Assembly: GCF_035084215.1 (NCBI RefSeq)
Contig: NC_090327.1
Coordinates: forward strand, 121,644,001-121,708,000
Direction of reading: 5' to 3'
Length of the DNA stretch: 64,000 bases
From: Heptranchias perlo
Lineage: Eukaryota
Shown here: piece by piece, positions 1 to 13,144 of the stretch
Layout of the letters: each line of letters opens with the position of its first letter
How positions within the stretch are numbered: the first letter of the stretch is position 1
The notes under the pieces: model-generated
Databases searched by the model: none
What the model was told of the DNA's origin: nothing
Seen by the model: only the letters and a program-made list of their open reading frames with translations
Program-made: the position numbers and the translations under genes

Positions 1-591
1 TTGAGGAACAATAAAAGAGCTTTTATGTTACTCGGTGTATACTATAGGCCACCAAATAGTGGGAAGGAGACAGGAGCAAATTTGCAGGCAAATTACAGAA
101 AGATGCAAGAACTATAGAATAGTGGTAATGGGGGACTTTAATTATCCCAATATAGACTGGGACAGTAACAGAGTAAAGGGCAAAGAGGGGGAAGAATTCC
201 TGAAATATGTACAAGAGAATTTTCCAGCCCAACAAGGAAGGAAGCAGTGCTGGATCTAGTTCTGGGAAATGAAGTGGGGCAGGTGGAGCATGTTTCAGTG
301 GAGGAGCATTTGGGGAACAGTGATCATAATATCATTAGGGTTAGAATAGTTATGGAAAAGGTCAAGGAACAATCAAATGTGAAAATACTTAACTGGAGGA
401 GGGCTAATTTCAGTGAATTAAAAAGGGATCTTGCCCTGGTGGATTGGAATCAAAAATTGGTAGGCAAAACAATAATTGAACAATAGGAGGCCTTCAAAGA
501 GGAGATGGTTTGGGTGCAGAGTAGACACATTCCCACAAGGGGGAGAGGAAGGGCATCCAAAGCTAGAGCTCCCTGGATGACTAAAGATATG

Positions 592-2448
592 GGGCTTAAT
601 TTTGAAATGATGGTGGGTTGGCAGCGGGGGTGGGGGGGGGGGTGAAGGTGCGCATGGCAAACACGAATAAAAAAAACTTACCGTTTCTGACGCGAGCGCA
701 ATGTAATTGATGGTGATTAAAGTTCTTTCCGGGTTTCGCACCCGGCAGCCAGCCTGATTGAAAGGCTGTCTGCTGACAGGAGCTGCAACGTGGGATGGGG
801 GGAGGGGAGAAAGAGAAAGAGCGAGACGTCATCCGGCGCTGGAATGGAAGATCAGGGAGAGAGAGAGGGGGAACGTCGGGGAGAGAGAGGGGGGGACGTC
901 GGGGAGAGAGAGGGGGGGACGTCGGGGAGAGAGAGGGTGAACGTCGGGGAGAGAGAGGGGGGGACATCGGGGAGAGAGAGGGGGGGACGTCGGGGAGAGA
1001 GAGGGGGGGACGTCGGGGAGAGAGAGGGGGGGACGTCGGGGAGAGAGAGGGGGGGACGTCGGGGAGAGAGAGGGGGGGACGTCGGGGAGAGAGAGGGGGG
1101 GACATCGGGGAGAGAGAGGGGGGGACGTCGGGGAGAGAGAGGGGGGGACGTCGGGGAGAGAGAGGGGGGGACGTCGGGGAGAGAGAGGGGGGACGTCGGG
1201 GCGAGAGAGGGGGGACGTCGGGGAGAGAGGGGGGACGTCGGGGAGAGAGAGGGGGGAACGTCAGGGAGAGAGAGGGGGGAACGACGGGGAGAGAGAGGGG
1301 GGGACGTCGGGGAGAGAGAGGGGGGGACGTCGGGGAGAGAGGGGGGGGACGTCGGGGAGAGAGGGGGGGGACGTCGGGGAGAGAGGGGGGGGACGTCGGG
1401 GGGAGAGAGGGGGGGAACGTCGGGGAGAGAGAGGGGGGGACGTCGGGGAGAGAGAGGGGGGGACGTCGGGGAGAGAGAGGGGGGGACGTCGGGGAGAGAG
1501 AGGGGGGGACGTCGGGGAGAGAGAGGGGGGGACGTCGGGGAGAGAGAGGGGGGGACGTCGGGGAGAGAGAGGGGGGGACGTCGGGGAGAGAGAGGGGGGG
1601 ACGTCGGGGAGAGAGAGGGGAGGACGTCGGGGAGAGAGAGGGGGGGACGTCGGGGAGAGAGAGGGGGGGACGTCGGGGAGAGAGAGGGGGGAACGTCGGG
1701 GAGAGAGAGGGGGGGACGTCGGGGAGAGAGAGGGGGGGACGTCGGGGAGAGAGAGGGGGGAACGTCGGGGAGAGAGAGGGGGGAACGTCGGGGAGAGAGA
1801 GGGGGGAACGTCGGGGAGAGAGAGGGGGGAACGTCGGGGAGAGAGAGGGGAGAACGTCGGGGAGAGAGAGGGGGGAACGTCGGGGAGAGAGAGGGGGGAA
1901 CGTCGGGGAGAGAGAGGGGGGAACGTCGGGGAGAGAGAGGGGGGAACGTCGGGGAGAGAGAGGGGGGAACGTCGGGGAGAGAGAGGGGGGAACGTCGGGG
2001 AGAGAGAGGGGGGAACTTCGCGGAGAGAGAGGGGGGAAGAGGGGGAGATCGGGGGGGAATCGGGGGGGGGGGGGGGAAAGAGGGGGAGATCAGAGAGGGA
2101 GACATCGAACATCACAGTAGGGTGGAAAGGTAGGTTGATTTTGTGTTTTAACTTTGTGCAATGGTATCTTATTTAATTTACTTTGTTTCTATTTGCCTGA
2201 TCCGGCCCTCTATGCCTGGTTTCACCTCAATGAGGTACATTTGGTTCTTTAACTATCATCCCGGCGGCTTTAATTGCCGGCGGGACATCCGGATTTGGGA
2301 CGCCCGCACGCACACAGGTGCGTCTGTGTGGAACTCGGAAGTCTCCAGGTTGGAGTTGGCTTCCGAACCCGCTCTGCATTTCTGCAATTTTCACAGCCCC
2401 CCCGCCCCGCCCCCAATGCACCCGCAATTTAAGTTTAAAATCGAACCC
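592..2448. mobile_element. Non-autonomous DNA transposon (PIF/Harbinger-like MITE) inserted in CR1
   Basis: Imperfect 12-bp TIRs GGGCTTAATTTT / AAAATCGAACCC with 3-bp flanks ATG/ATA; removing it restores the CR1 reading AAA GAT ATA GAG GTT AAA ATG. Confidence 0.7.
856..2040. repeat. G-rich 23-bp minisatellite (GGGGAGAGAGAGGGGGGGACGTC)n, about 50 copies
   Basis: Directly visible tandem array; explains the RG/ER-rich and PS-rich ORFs at 790-2133. Confidence 0.97.
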
Positions 2449-4699
2449 ATAGAGGTTAAAATGAAACAGAGAAAGGAGGCTTATGATGGATGTAAGGTTC
2501 ATAATACAGTAGAGAACCAAGCAGAATACAGAAAGTACAGAGGAGATCTAAAAAAGGAAATAACAGGGGTAAAGAGAGAATATGAGAATAGATTAGCGGC
2601 CAACATAAAAGGGAACCCAAAAGTCTTTTATAAACATATAAATAGTAAAAGGATAGTCATAGGAAGTGTGGGGCCGACTGGGAAAAAAAAGGGGATCTTC
2701 TTGTGGAGGCAGAGGGCATGGCTGAGGTACTAAATGAATACTTCACATCAGTCTTCACTGGAGAAGAGGATGCTGCCAGTGTAGCAGTAAATGATTAGGT
2801 AGTAGCGATATTGGATAGGATAAAAATAGATAAAGAGAAGGTACTTAAAAGATTGGCAGTACTCAAAGTGGAAAAGTCACCCGGTCCAGATGGGATTCAT
2901 CTTAGGTTACTGAGGGAAGTAAGGGTGGACATTGCAGAGGCTCTGGCCACAATCTTCCAATCCTCCTTAGATATGGGGATGGTGCCAGAGGACTGGAGGA
3001 TTGCAAATGTTACACCCTGTTCAAAAAAAGGGGAGGGACAAACCCGGCAATTACTGGCCAGTCAGCCTAACGTCGGTGGTGGGGAAACTTTTAGAGACAA
3101 TAATTCGGGACAAAATTAATTGCAGTTGGAAAAGTATGGGCTAATAAATGAACGTCAGCACGGATTTGTTAATGGAAAATTGTGTTTGACGAACTTGATT
3201 GAGTTCTTCGATAAAGTAACAGAGAGGGTTGATGAGGGTAATGCGGTTGATGTTGTGTATATGGACTTTCAAAAGGCATTTGGTAAAGTACCACATAATA
3301 GACTTGTTAGCAAAATTAAATCCCATGGGATTAAAGGGACAGTGGCAGCATGGATACAAAAGTGGCTAAGGGATAGAAAGCAGAGAGCAGTGGTGAACGG
3401 TTGTTTTTCAGACTGGAGGGAAGTATACAGTGGTGTTCCCCAGGGGTCAGTAATAGGACCACTGCTTTTTTTGATATGTATTAATGACCTGGACATGGGT
3501 ATAGAGGGTATAATTTCAAAGATTGCAGATGACGCGAAACTCAGAAATGTAAACAATGTGGTGGATAGTAACAGAATTCAGGAGGACATAGACAGAATGG
3601 TGGAATGGGCAGATGAAATTTAATGCAGAGAAGTGTGAAGTGATACATTTGGTAGGAAGGATGAGAAGAGGCTATATAAACTAAATGGTACAATTTTAAA
3701 GGGGTGCAGGAACAGAGAGACTTGGGGGTGATGTAAACAAATCTTTGAAAGTGGCAGGACAAGTTGAGAAGGCTGTTAAAAAAGCATATGGGATCCTGGC
3801 CTTTATTAATAGCGACATAGAGTACAAAAGCATGCAAGTTATGTTAAACCTTTAGAAAACACTGGTTAGGCCTCAGCTGGAGTATTGTGTTCAATTCTGG
3901 GCACCACATTTTCGGAAAGATGTCAAGGTTTTGGAGAGGGTGCAGAAGAGATTTACTGGAATGGTGCCAGGGATGAGAGACATCAGTTATGTGGAGAGAC
4001 TGGAGAAGCTGAGATTGTTCTCCTTAGAACAGAGAAGATTAAGGGAAGATTTGATAGAGGTGTTCAAAATCATGAATGGTTTTGACAGAGTAAACAAGGA
4101 GAAACTGTTTCCAGTGGCAGAAGGGTCGGTAACCAGAGGACACAGATTAAAAGTGATCGGCAAAAGAGCCAGGGGTGACATGAGGAAACATTTTCTCATG
4201 CAGCGTGTTGTAATGATCTGGAAGGGTGGTGGAAGCAGATTTCAAAAGGGAATTGGAAAAATACTTGAAGGAAAAAAGTTTACAGGGCTGTGGAGAAAGA
4301 GCAGGGGAATGGGACTAATTGGATAGCTCTTTCAAAGAGCCAACACAGGCACGATGGGCAGAATGGCCTCCTCCTGCGCTGTACCTACAACAATTACTCA
4401 TTACTAATATGGCCTGCCTTATTGTTGATTAAAGAATATATTGCTCCAGAAAATTGTCTTGAATACACTCCTAAAATTCACTATTTTTCTGACTTGAGCT
4501 ATTCTGCTCTTCCAAAATCTATATGAAAATTAAAGTCTCCCATTAAAACAACACTCCTTTTTCTGCAAGCCTCGCTAATCTCTTAATACATTCTGCCACT
4601 TCATTGCTGCTATCAGGAGGCCTGTAGGCAATGCCCATTACAGTTTTAAGTCCTCTCTTATTCCTTAATTCTAACCATAGAGTCTCTGCTGATTGCTTT

Positions 4700-5150
4700 T
4701 TTTTATTCCTTCATGGGATGTGGGCATCGCTGGCAAGGCCAGCATTTATTGCTCATTCCTAATTGCCCTTGAGAAGGTGGTGGTGAGCCGCCTTCTTGAA
4801 CCGCTGCAGTCCGTGTGGTGAAGGTTCTCCCACAATGTTGTTAGGTAGGGAGTTCCAGGATTTTGACCCAGCGACAATGAAGGAACGGCGATATATTTCC
4901 AAGACGGGATGGTGTGTGACTTGGAGGGGAACGTGCAGGTGGTGTTGTTCCCATGTTCCTGCTGCCCTTGTCCTTCTAGGTGGTAGAGGTCGCGGGTTTG
5001 GGAGGTGCTGTCGAAGAAGCCTTGGCGAGTTGCTGCAATGCATCCTGTGGATGGTACACATTGCAGCCATGGTGCACCAGTGGTGAAGGGAGTGAATGTT
5101 TAGGGTGGTGGATGGGGTGCCAATCAAGCGGGCTGGGGTGCCAATCAAGC
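4700..5150 (-). mobile_element. 3' end of a CR1/L2-group LINE (HHHLLKG* family), inside a decayed minus-strand CR1 piece
   Basis: ORF 4759-5148 SLHH..YRRSFIVAGSKSWNSLP..RFKKAAHHHLLKGN; the same sequence recurs at about 12205, 38430, 59087 and 61550. Confidence 0.85.
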
Positions 5151-5477
5151 GGGCTTACCTAAAACCTCTCTTACTAATGTTGTAATCATATCTTTAATTA
5201 ATAAGGCTATCCCTCCTCTCTTTTAGTTTCCCTATCCTTTCTAAAGACCTTGTAACCTGGAATATTTAACTCCCAATCATGACCAGCTTGCTGCCATGTT
5301 TTAGTAACGGCCACCATGTCATACTTTCCAAGCTACATGTGAGCCTCTAATTCACTCAATTTATTTCTTATACTCTGTGCATTAGTATATAAAACTCTTA
5401 TTTGGGCAAGAGACCCTAACCTGTCCTTCTGCCCTGATGCTGTCTTTCTCAATAAATACACATGTAAGCCAATAGAT

Positions 5478-5665
5478 TTACACACGTGTGTGTCGATAAA
5501 CATACACACGTGTGTGTCGATAAACATACACACGTGTGTATCGATAAACATACACACGCGTGTGTCGATAAACATACACACGTGTGAGTCGATAAACATA
5601 TACGTGTGAGTCGATAAACATACACACGTGTGAGTCGATAAACATACACACGTGGGCCAATAAAC
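5478..5665. repeat. 24-bp minisatellite (CACACGTGTGTGTCGATAAACATA)n, about 7 copies
   Basis: Visible tandem units; 8-aa periodic ORFs. Confidence 0.93.
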
Positions 5666-7213
5666 ATACATTTTACATATAACTTTATATACATATAAGC
5701 CCATAAATATATATGCATTGGCTAATAAAGCTTTACATACAACTCAATAAATATATACAAGTAGGCCTATAGACATATAGGCTGACATATATATGCACAT
5801 AAACCAATTAATAAAAAGCATGAAGGTCAATAAATGGTTAGCAGTGAGCAATGGTGCTGTGTTCTAGTCAAGTCCTTTACTATCACCCAACTGCACCAAA
5901 GCAAAGCTGTGTTGGCCCCTCTCCAGGAGGCCATCTCACACCCATATGAGTTTGCATGGTTGACGTGTAACTTCCGCCCGATGTGAAGCCTCATTTTAAG
6001 AGTGGCCAGCAAGTGGTTGATGCTAGCTCAATTGTTAATTTTAAATCTGAAATGGATCGATTTTTGTTAACCAAAGATATTAAGAGCCATAGGGCTAAGG
6101 TGGATATATGGAGTTAGGTCACAGATCAGCGATGATCACATTGAATGATGGAACAGACTCAAGAGGGCTGAATGGCCTACTTCTGTTCCTAGCTGGGGGG
6201 AGGGGGTTGTTTAAGGCATATGGGCCCTTTTGTATCTTTATGTGAAATCTTTTTAATGATTTGAGCAGACTCTCCTGCTCACTTCTAACATTAAAGTACA
6301 GCAGCCCAGGGAACAGAGCTCCATGCGTCCAGGCTGACCTCACTGTCACCTGGGACAGATATGCAGCTAGCAGTATAACTCCATTCTATTGGCTGCACAA
6401 GGCACTTCACGGGTACGTGTTTTGGACAGGTAGCTGCAATATGAATCAAAGCTTTCCGCTGACATCATGGCGAGGTTAACGTACACCCCTGTATGTCTGC
6501 CAGGAGGTTTTTTGTTCTTTGTGAGAGGTAATGTTTATACTTAGTAATAAAGCTCAGTTACTGGAGCTGATTGCTGTTTATTTTGGCAGTAATTTTCTTC
6601 AGCCATTGAATGAACTTTATGACTAATTTACCTCAGATTAACCATATGGTAGAATATTGTACACACCATTCCCTCGCTTTCATAAACACAATAAGATATT
6701 GTACTGAGATGCATTCCAGCTCTACAGTAAAATGTACCCGCAGGACATCATTGTAAGACTTCACTCCCAGTGTTTGTACATTCTACAAAAAATGTGAATG
6801 AGAAAAGATCACGGATTTTGTTTTACTAAAAGAAGTACACGTATTTCTTTTAGGAAAACAATCCGACAGTTGATGGCTTGAATCCACCCATTTAATTTTA
6901 GAGATTTTCTTTCCCTCCAGCATTTGTTTCAAGCCAGCAAGGTCAATCCGTAATCTTTTCTCACTCACATTTTTCGTAAAGTGTACATTATCCCACAATG
7001 AATGATTGTCTACATAACATTCAATGGGTATACTATCTTCAGTACTCCCATTGTACAGGATGTCACTCAAAATATTTGCCAAATAGAATCCCATATCCAC
7101 TGTGTCGACAAAAGCCAGTGTTTCAGCAGCCATAGTGTTTTTAACAACCCTTTTTATTTTCTTAGCTTCCTAAGCTAAAGGACAACATTTGTCATTCTCA
7201 CCCATAAGAAACA

Positions 7214-7295
7214 TAGAATCATAGAAAATAGGAGCAAGAGTAGGCCATTCAGCCCTTCGGGCCTGCTCCGCCATTCAAAATGATCATGACTGATC
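7214..7295 (-). mobile_element. 82-bp CR1 3'-tail insertion in the copia RNase H region
   Basis: CR1 tail sequence flanked by TSD GAAACA (7208-7213, 7296-7301); removal restores GFIVFLMGENDKCCPL. Confidence 0.8.
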
Positions 7296-7971
7296 GAAAC
7301 ACAATGAAACCAGCTGCATGAGAATACTCATCAGGAAGATTAGCATTTGAAGCATCGCTAAAGATAACTAGCTTCATTTTCTTTGGGTCACCTAAGGATG
7401 GGAACGTAAGTACGCATTTATCTATAGTTAATTTTTAAAAATGTTTTATTTGCCCTTAAAAGATTCTCTACTATGGGGTGTTTCGTTGAAGTACTTAACT
7501 CCAACACCTCAAAACTAGCATTTGGTCTAGTCTGAGTGCACAACCAGTTCAACTGACAAGCTTTGGAATTGCTCTGTCTCTTCTTTAGATATAACATCAC
7601 CTTTCTGTGATGACCTGTACGATTCACCGGGATGGGAGTAACACTCATGAATATGTTGCCAAATAAGCCAAAAAGATTTCCTTTCCAGCAGTGGGAGAAT
7701 CCACTCGAACATCTGTATCACCCAGTTTCTCTTCAAAACACCTCGCTACCAACCTCACTTTAGCCTTATAAGTTCCATCTGCAAGGACTTGTTCAGTACA
7801 AACCCATCTATGTGACAAAGCTGGTTGACCCTTACCTGTTACTTCAGAATAAACTCCAAATTGTTTCCAACTATCTAACTCCCTTTGTTTTGCCTCTCTC
7901 ACTTGTTTATCCTCAAGTTTATTGGCAGCCACCAAAACTTCACGATCATGAGGACTTCTGCTCCTAGTTCT

Positions 7972-8660
7972 TGTTGGCCAGAGGCTGCAGAAGGTAACCT
8001 GAGATGTCAGCTACTGATACACAGGAACGACTTTTGAACTGAAGTAACCCGGCCTCAGCTGCCTGAAACCGGTTTGAATTAACCAAGTTCTGTAAAAGAC
8101 AAAGGAAATGTGATAAGACACAAGTCCTTATTTAGAAAAGGAGTAATGAGGTAATGTTACCTAAGTCCTTGGGACAGAGCCAATGAGGAGAAGACAAAAG
8201 CGAGTAGGCCTAAACCAAAGGGAGAGAGACAGCAAGCTTGAAGAGATAAGATTCGGAATAAGAATGAAGGATCTGGGGCGTGGAGCCAGAGCGAAGACTC
8301 CAGAGACCAACCATCGCAGAAGTGGACAACCCTACATCAGGGACGTAGAGACGACGTCGAAAGAGAGAGAGAGAACGGAACGCCTGGCCAGCGTCAGCTC
8401 TCCTTTTCGGGTATTATCCTTTATGTTCTGTGACCACTCAGGGAGTGTCACAGAAACCTAGTGGGTGTGCGTTTAGATCTTAGTTTGGGTATAAAACTGT
8501 ATAACCTGGTGTAAACTGCATGCCTATATCTAATCAGACGTATAAGCTATAAGTATATGATTTAACGGCGTGAATAAAGTGAATTGGGAGTTAAGAGAGA
8601 ATTGACTCTTCTCCTCTGTGTACTAAGCCAGTAACCGTAACCTGTGACCTTCGGTCAACA
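7972..8660 (+). mobile_element. Solo LTR (689 bp) of a different family nested in the copia element
   Basis: Ends TGTTGGCC...GGTCAACA, 4-bp TSD TTCT (7968-7971, 8661-8664), AATAAA near 8573. Confidence 0.85.
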
Positions 8661-11546
8661 TTCTGTTACGTGACTGTTCTGTGGTCTTTGTATCATTGTC
8701 TGATCTAGTCAAGCTACGTCTTCTACTTCCACTTTTATGTCTGTAGGGACTACTACTGCGAGATCTCCCTCTTTCATCTCTAGTTCGCGATCGTTTTTTG
8801 ACGTGAGATTCACTTCCAGACTCCCTGTCACTACTTGTACTCCGCTTTCATACTCATCACTCTTTTACCCCATTCTGCCCATCCATGGACCTCGCTTCTT
8901 GACCATCATCCTGAACATTCAACCAAAATTTAAACCTACCAATAGCTTTGCCTGCACAACCCAAAATTGTTGCATCCCTCCATTCATTAGTCCCTTCTGG
9001 AACATATGTCACCCATGTACCCACTTTGGGTAATTGTTCTGTGGGTGTGATAGCTCTGCATGTGTTTCTTGATCACTGACGTTACCATTGTCCAGCCCTT
9101 GATCTACCAGTCTTCAGGAACCTCATCAAAAAAACATGAACATCTGAGGCACAAGGTGCCTTGTTTACTTCTATCAACTGCTCAGAGTCCGAGATTTTAT
9201 AATTAATTCCAATTAATCGTGAGGAATGAACCTTAACAGTTTGATTACCATGTTGGACAAGTACTGTCTTACCAAGACGACCTATTACCTTACCATGGCC
9301 TTTCCATTCCCCATGACCCTCTCTTTTGTACTATACCAAATCTCCTGAATTGAACCCTGTCTCAGATGGTCTAATATGATGCCTCAGTGCTCTACGAATT
9401 TTCTCTGATACCTCAGCCTTGATAAAAGCCCGTCTCCCTGCACGCATGGCATTTAAATGCTCAGAAAAAATGGCACTAATTGTAGTACCTTTTAGAGCAG
9501 GAGGATTATCACAAAGAACAGAAGGTAATTTGGGATTGTGCCTATAGTTGGTAAGCACTATATCCTCCAACCATCTGAAGAGAATTCTTTGCTTGAACTG
9601 CCCATGCTGGGACAGTTGACAATTTACGCTCTGTTTGATCAGCCAAAGTTTGATGCACCATGTTATCAATCACAACATGATTCCTTTCACAAAGACCATT
9701 GTTAAAAGGGCTCTCAGCTGCTGTATTCATGACAATCATATTCATATTCTCTCACATATATCTCTGAACTCCACATTAGCGAATTCACCTCCATTATCGG
9801 TCAAAATTTTTGCTGGTGTCCCAAGTCCAGTTCCCATCCATTTTTCCATAATTTAATCAGAATAACCTTCTTCTCCTTACTATATATTAGTGTAGAAATA
9901 CTAAATCTCATAGCCAGGTCAATAAAATGTAAGATGAAAACATTTCTGTCTTTGTCCTATAACTTTAGATCCATGGCAACTACCTTGTTAAAGTCAGGTG
10001 CTAATGGAACATTTACAATAGGACATGGGGGTGTCCGTCTATACTTCTTACAGATTTCACAGTTTTCACTAGTCTTGTCTATTTGCCTCATATACTCATC
10101 AACCACACCTGCATCTTTTAGCAGGATTTTTAAATGTTGACAAGTAGGGTGGGCAAATTGTCTATGTACCTTTAAGACAATTTGTTTTTCTCTCTCTTAT
10201 CCTTATCACCTGATGCCATTAATACTTGCCTAACACGCTGATGAGAAACATTAGACTTTATTTAGGGGATACAATAATGCCCTGACTGGGTAAACTGCGA
10301 ATCAACCAATTTCCCAAAATTGATTGCCTCATCGTGTTCCATGTTAAGTTTCATTTCTGCCTTTTTCATGGACGGTTTACCCAAAAGCATAGGTGTCTTA
10401 CTAGAGACTACATCCGTACTTATAAAATGGCTTACTCCAGTTATTTTATATGGAATTACCACTCTCTTGAGTGACCTCAAGGTGTTGTCATTTCCAAACC
10501 TAAAACATGCAGAACTTTTATATTCCTTAACCTTACGTCAATCCACACTTCAAGCATCATTTCAAAGACCCTGCGTCTTCGCTCTGCGCAATTCGCCTCA
10601 GAATGATACTTAGAGTCACATCTAAAGCATGTACTGATTTTTCCTTGGGCATTCCTGGGATTCATTCGCCCATTATTACTGTCCCAATTTTGTCTTCTGT
10701 TGATATAACTAGATTTGCTGTACCTGCTTTCATCACCAATCTGGCTGTCTTTAATCCTTCCATCATAATCGACGTCTATGTCTAATCTCTTGAAAATTTT
10801 GAAACCTGGACTGGCGCCTGCGTTTAGTATCTGGAACATTTCGAAACCTGGTAACCAACGAATCTTCCATTCTTTGTGTCACAGCGGAAGACCCCACTTG
10901 TTCTATGAAGGCTGAAGGGAATGACTGTTACCCCAGGAATTTTTTTAAGGCAGCATACATTTGTTCCAAGAACTGGGTGGCGTTAGGACCAGTTGCCTAT
11001 CCATATGAGACATCTTAGCACAATCTAATAATTTAAATGCTAGTACCAATCCAGGGATTCCCATTTGGAACTTTGTCAACCTTTTGTACAATTTGCTAAA
11101 GTCCATGATATACCCTTCCATTGAATGACTGTCCATTTTCCGAAATCTAACAAACGCTGACCAGGCTTGATAGGCACTTAACAGGTCATCTTTCTTGTAG
11201 ATTTGATCAAGAAATTCTATTAGAAAGGTAAAACCTTCAACATTATCCAAAAAATCTGCACCCATCTCAGAAAATACCATGCTTCTGATTTTACCTTGTT
11301 CAGGAAGCGACAATGCCAAGGCCCTGCCTTGCTTTCTCTGTGGCAGAGTAGTAATCCATGTCCACATATCAACCTCATTCTTCCACTGGCCACACGGTTC
11401 GAACTCCGAGAACATCGGAGGGAAATTGCACCTCGCGCTGTAAACTTGCTTTCTTCCATTTTCCATAATGGCCACTAGGCTTTCAAATTTTGTTTTAAGT
11501 CCAAAAAAAAATCGTAGTTTCCAACCTCTGCCTTTAGGCGATCATT

Positions 11547-11557
11547 CTCTGCTACCA
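11547..11557 (-). promoter_or_regulatory. Primer binding site complementary to initiator tRNA-Met 3' end
   Basis: Minus strand TGGTAGCAGAG directly after the LTR-terminal CA. Confidence 0.88.
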
Positions 11558-11771
11558 TGTTATAAATTGGATAGCCAGGTGGTGAAGGATAGAATACAGC
11601 AGCCTAGTCTTCAGTTACCTCCAAGCCTTTATTCACAGAGCTCCACATTACACCCACACCACACTCTAGATCAGCTCTCTTATAAATGGATACAAGAGAG
11701 TTCTCAATTGATATGCACCACCTGAATACAAATAACACTAGTTGACAAAAATCACATGGATACAATTAACA
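11558..11771 (-). mobile_element. 5' LTR (214 bp) of the copia element
   Basis: Minus strand reads TGTTAATTG...TATAACA, contains TATAA and AATAAA, and is followed immediately by the PBS; homologous to the solo LTR at 25929-26139. Confidence 0.88.
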
Positions 11772-12109
11772 GTGTGCAGTTTTGCTTAACAGAGACCTGG
11801 ATCAGAGGAAGAGTCTGAAGACCTGAAGCCTCGACTGACTCCTGTTTTTTCCACAGATGCTGCCTGACCTGCTGTATTCTCAGATCAGAGAATCGATCGG
11901 GAGGTTAGTGTAGTGACCTGACGCACTCCTGATCGTCCAGCCGTCGTGACCTCTGCACACAACTCTCTCATCTATACGAGACTCCAAGCTGAGAGTTAAG
12001 ACTGGCTATTTTGGGGTTCAAGTGTAAAAACATGTCCAAAACATTCGCTTCCTCCGCAAGATTTTGTATTTTGTGTCAACGACATTTGAATGAATCCTCA
12101 TATCAAATA

Positions 12110-12685
12110 CAGAAAGAAAGACTTGCATTTATATAGCACCTTTCATGACCTCAAGACTCCCCAAAGTGCTTTACAGTCCATGAAGTACTTCTGAAGTGTA
12201 GTTTTTAAAAATTCATTCATGGGATGTGGGCGTCGCTGGCGAGGCTGGCATTTATTGCCCATCAATAATTGCCCTTGAGAAGGTGGTGGTGAGCCGCCTT
12301 CTTGAACCGCTGCAGTCCGTGTGGTGACGGTTCTCCCACTGTGCTGTTAGGAAGGGAGTTCCAGGATTTTGACCCAGCGACGATGAAGGAACGGCGATAT
12401 ATTGTTGTTGTATTGTAGCAAATGCGGCAGACAATTTGCACACAGCAAGATCCCGCACCAATGAGATAATGACCAGATAATCTGTTTTTAGTGATATTGG
12501 TTGAGGGATACATATTGGCCAGGACACCAGAGAGAACTCCCCTGCTCTACTTCGAATTAGGGGCCATGGGTTCTTTTACGTCCGCCTGAGAGGGCAGACG
12601 GGGCCTCAGTTGAACGTCTCATCCGAAAGACAGCACCTCTGACAGCGAAGCACTCCCTCAGTACTGCACTAAGAGTGTCTGCTAA
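12110..12685 (-). mobile_element. SacSINE1/DeuSINE-like SINE interrupted by a LINE 3' fragment (about 12205-12400)
   Basis: Reverse complement of the Deu-domain SINE at 27725-28140. Confidence 0.8.
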
Positions 12686-13144
12686 AATTGGTCAGCTCTA
12701 AGGGAAAAAAAAGTGTTCAAATAGGAAGTTTGTGGAGCTCTTCACTGGTGCTTTGTTTGTTTGGCTATTCGTTTTTTTGGGTGAATTCTGTGCTGGAGGT
12801 GAAGGATTTTTCATGGAGACTTTTATTCCCACTATCAGTGCTAAGCATTGCTGGGTCAACTATTACACACATAGATGCAGAATAAATTCACTCTGCTCCG
12901 TCCCAACAAAACGCTTTGACCCCAGGTCTCAAAAATGTTTGGCCTAATAAACCACTAGGAGTTTTCCTATTTCTTAATCAGCCATCCCGTGACCTCTCTG
13001 GATGATTTTCCAAATTATGGACAGTTTTGTGTGTGGACTCATGGTCACACTCATTCCATAAACTCGTACAGCTCTCCCAGAGAGGAGACTTTCAGCTCTT
13101 CTGTTGGACCAATTGAATCCCAGGTTCTAGGAGTGAAAGGATAA

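Larger units (their letters stand above)
1..4390 (+). mobile_element. CR1-clade LINE, ORF2 (APE endonuclease C-terminal part, RT, 3' end), frameshifted; interrupted by a MITE at 592-2448
   Basis: ORF fragments contain VVMGDFNYPNIDW and LGNSDHNII (endonuclease), KSPGPDGIH, QHGF, YMDFQKAF, GVPQGSV, ADDAKL (RT) and LERVQKRFT..LFSLEQRRLREDL; multiple frameshifts. Confidence 0.93.
6830..11771 (-). mobile_element. Decayed Ty1/copia LTR retrotransposon, GalEa-like; 5' LTR and PBS present, RT core and 3' LTR missing
   Basis: Gag (QWKNEVDMW..KQGRALALSL), CCHC knuckle CFRCDSKYHSEANC, integrase (TDNGGEF, TAAESPFNNGLCERNH), RT start KAKVRLVARCFEE, RNase H (AAETLA, DNHSL, EKRLRIDL, QLSDC). Domain order IN-RT-RH is copia-type. 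Confidence 0.9.

Noticed and set aside
790-2133. 440-aa RG/ER-rich and Pro/Ser-rich ORFs
   Set aside because: Open in several frames on both strands only because the 23-bp repeat lacks stop codons
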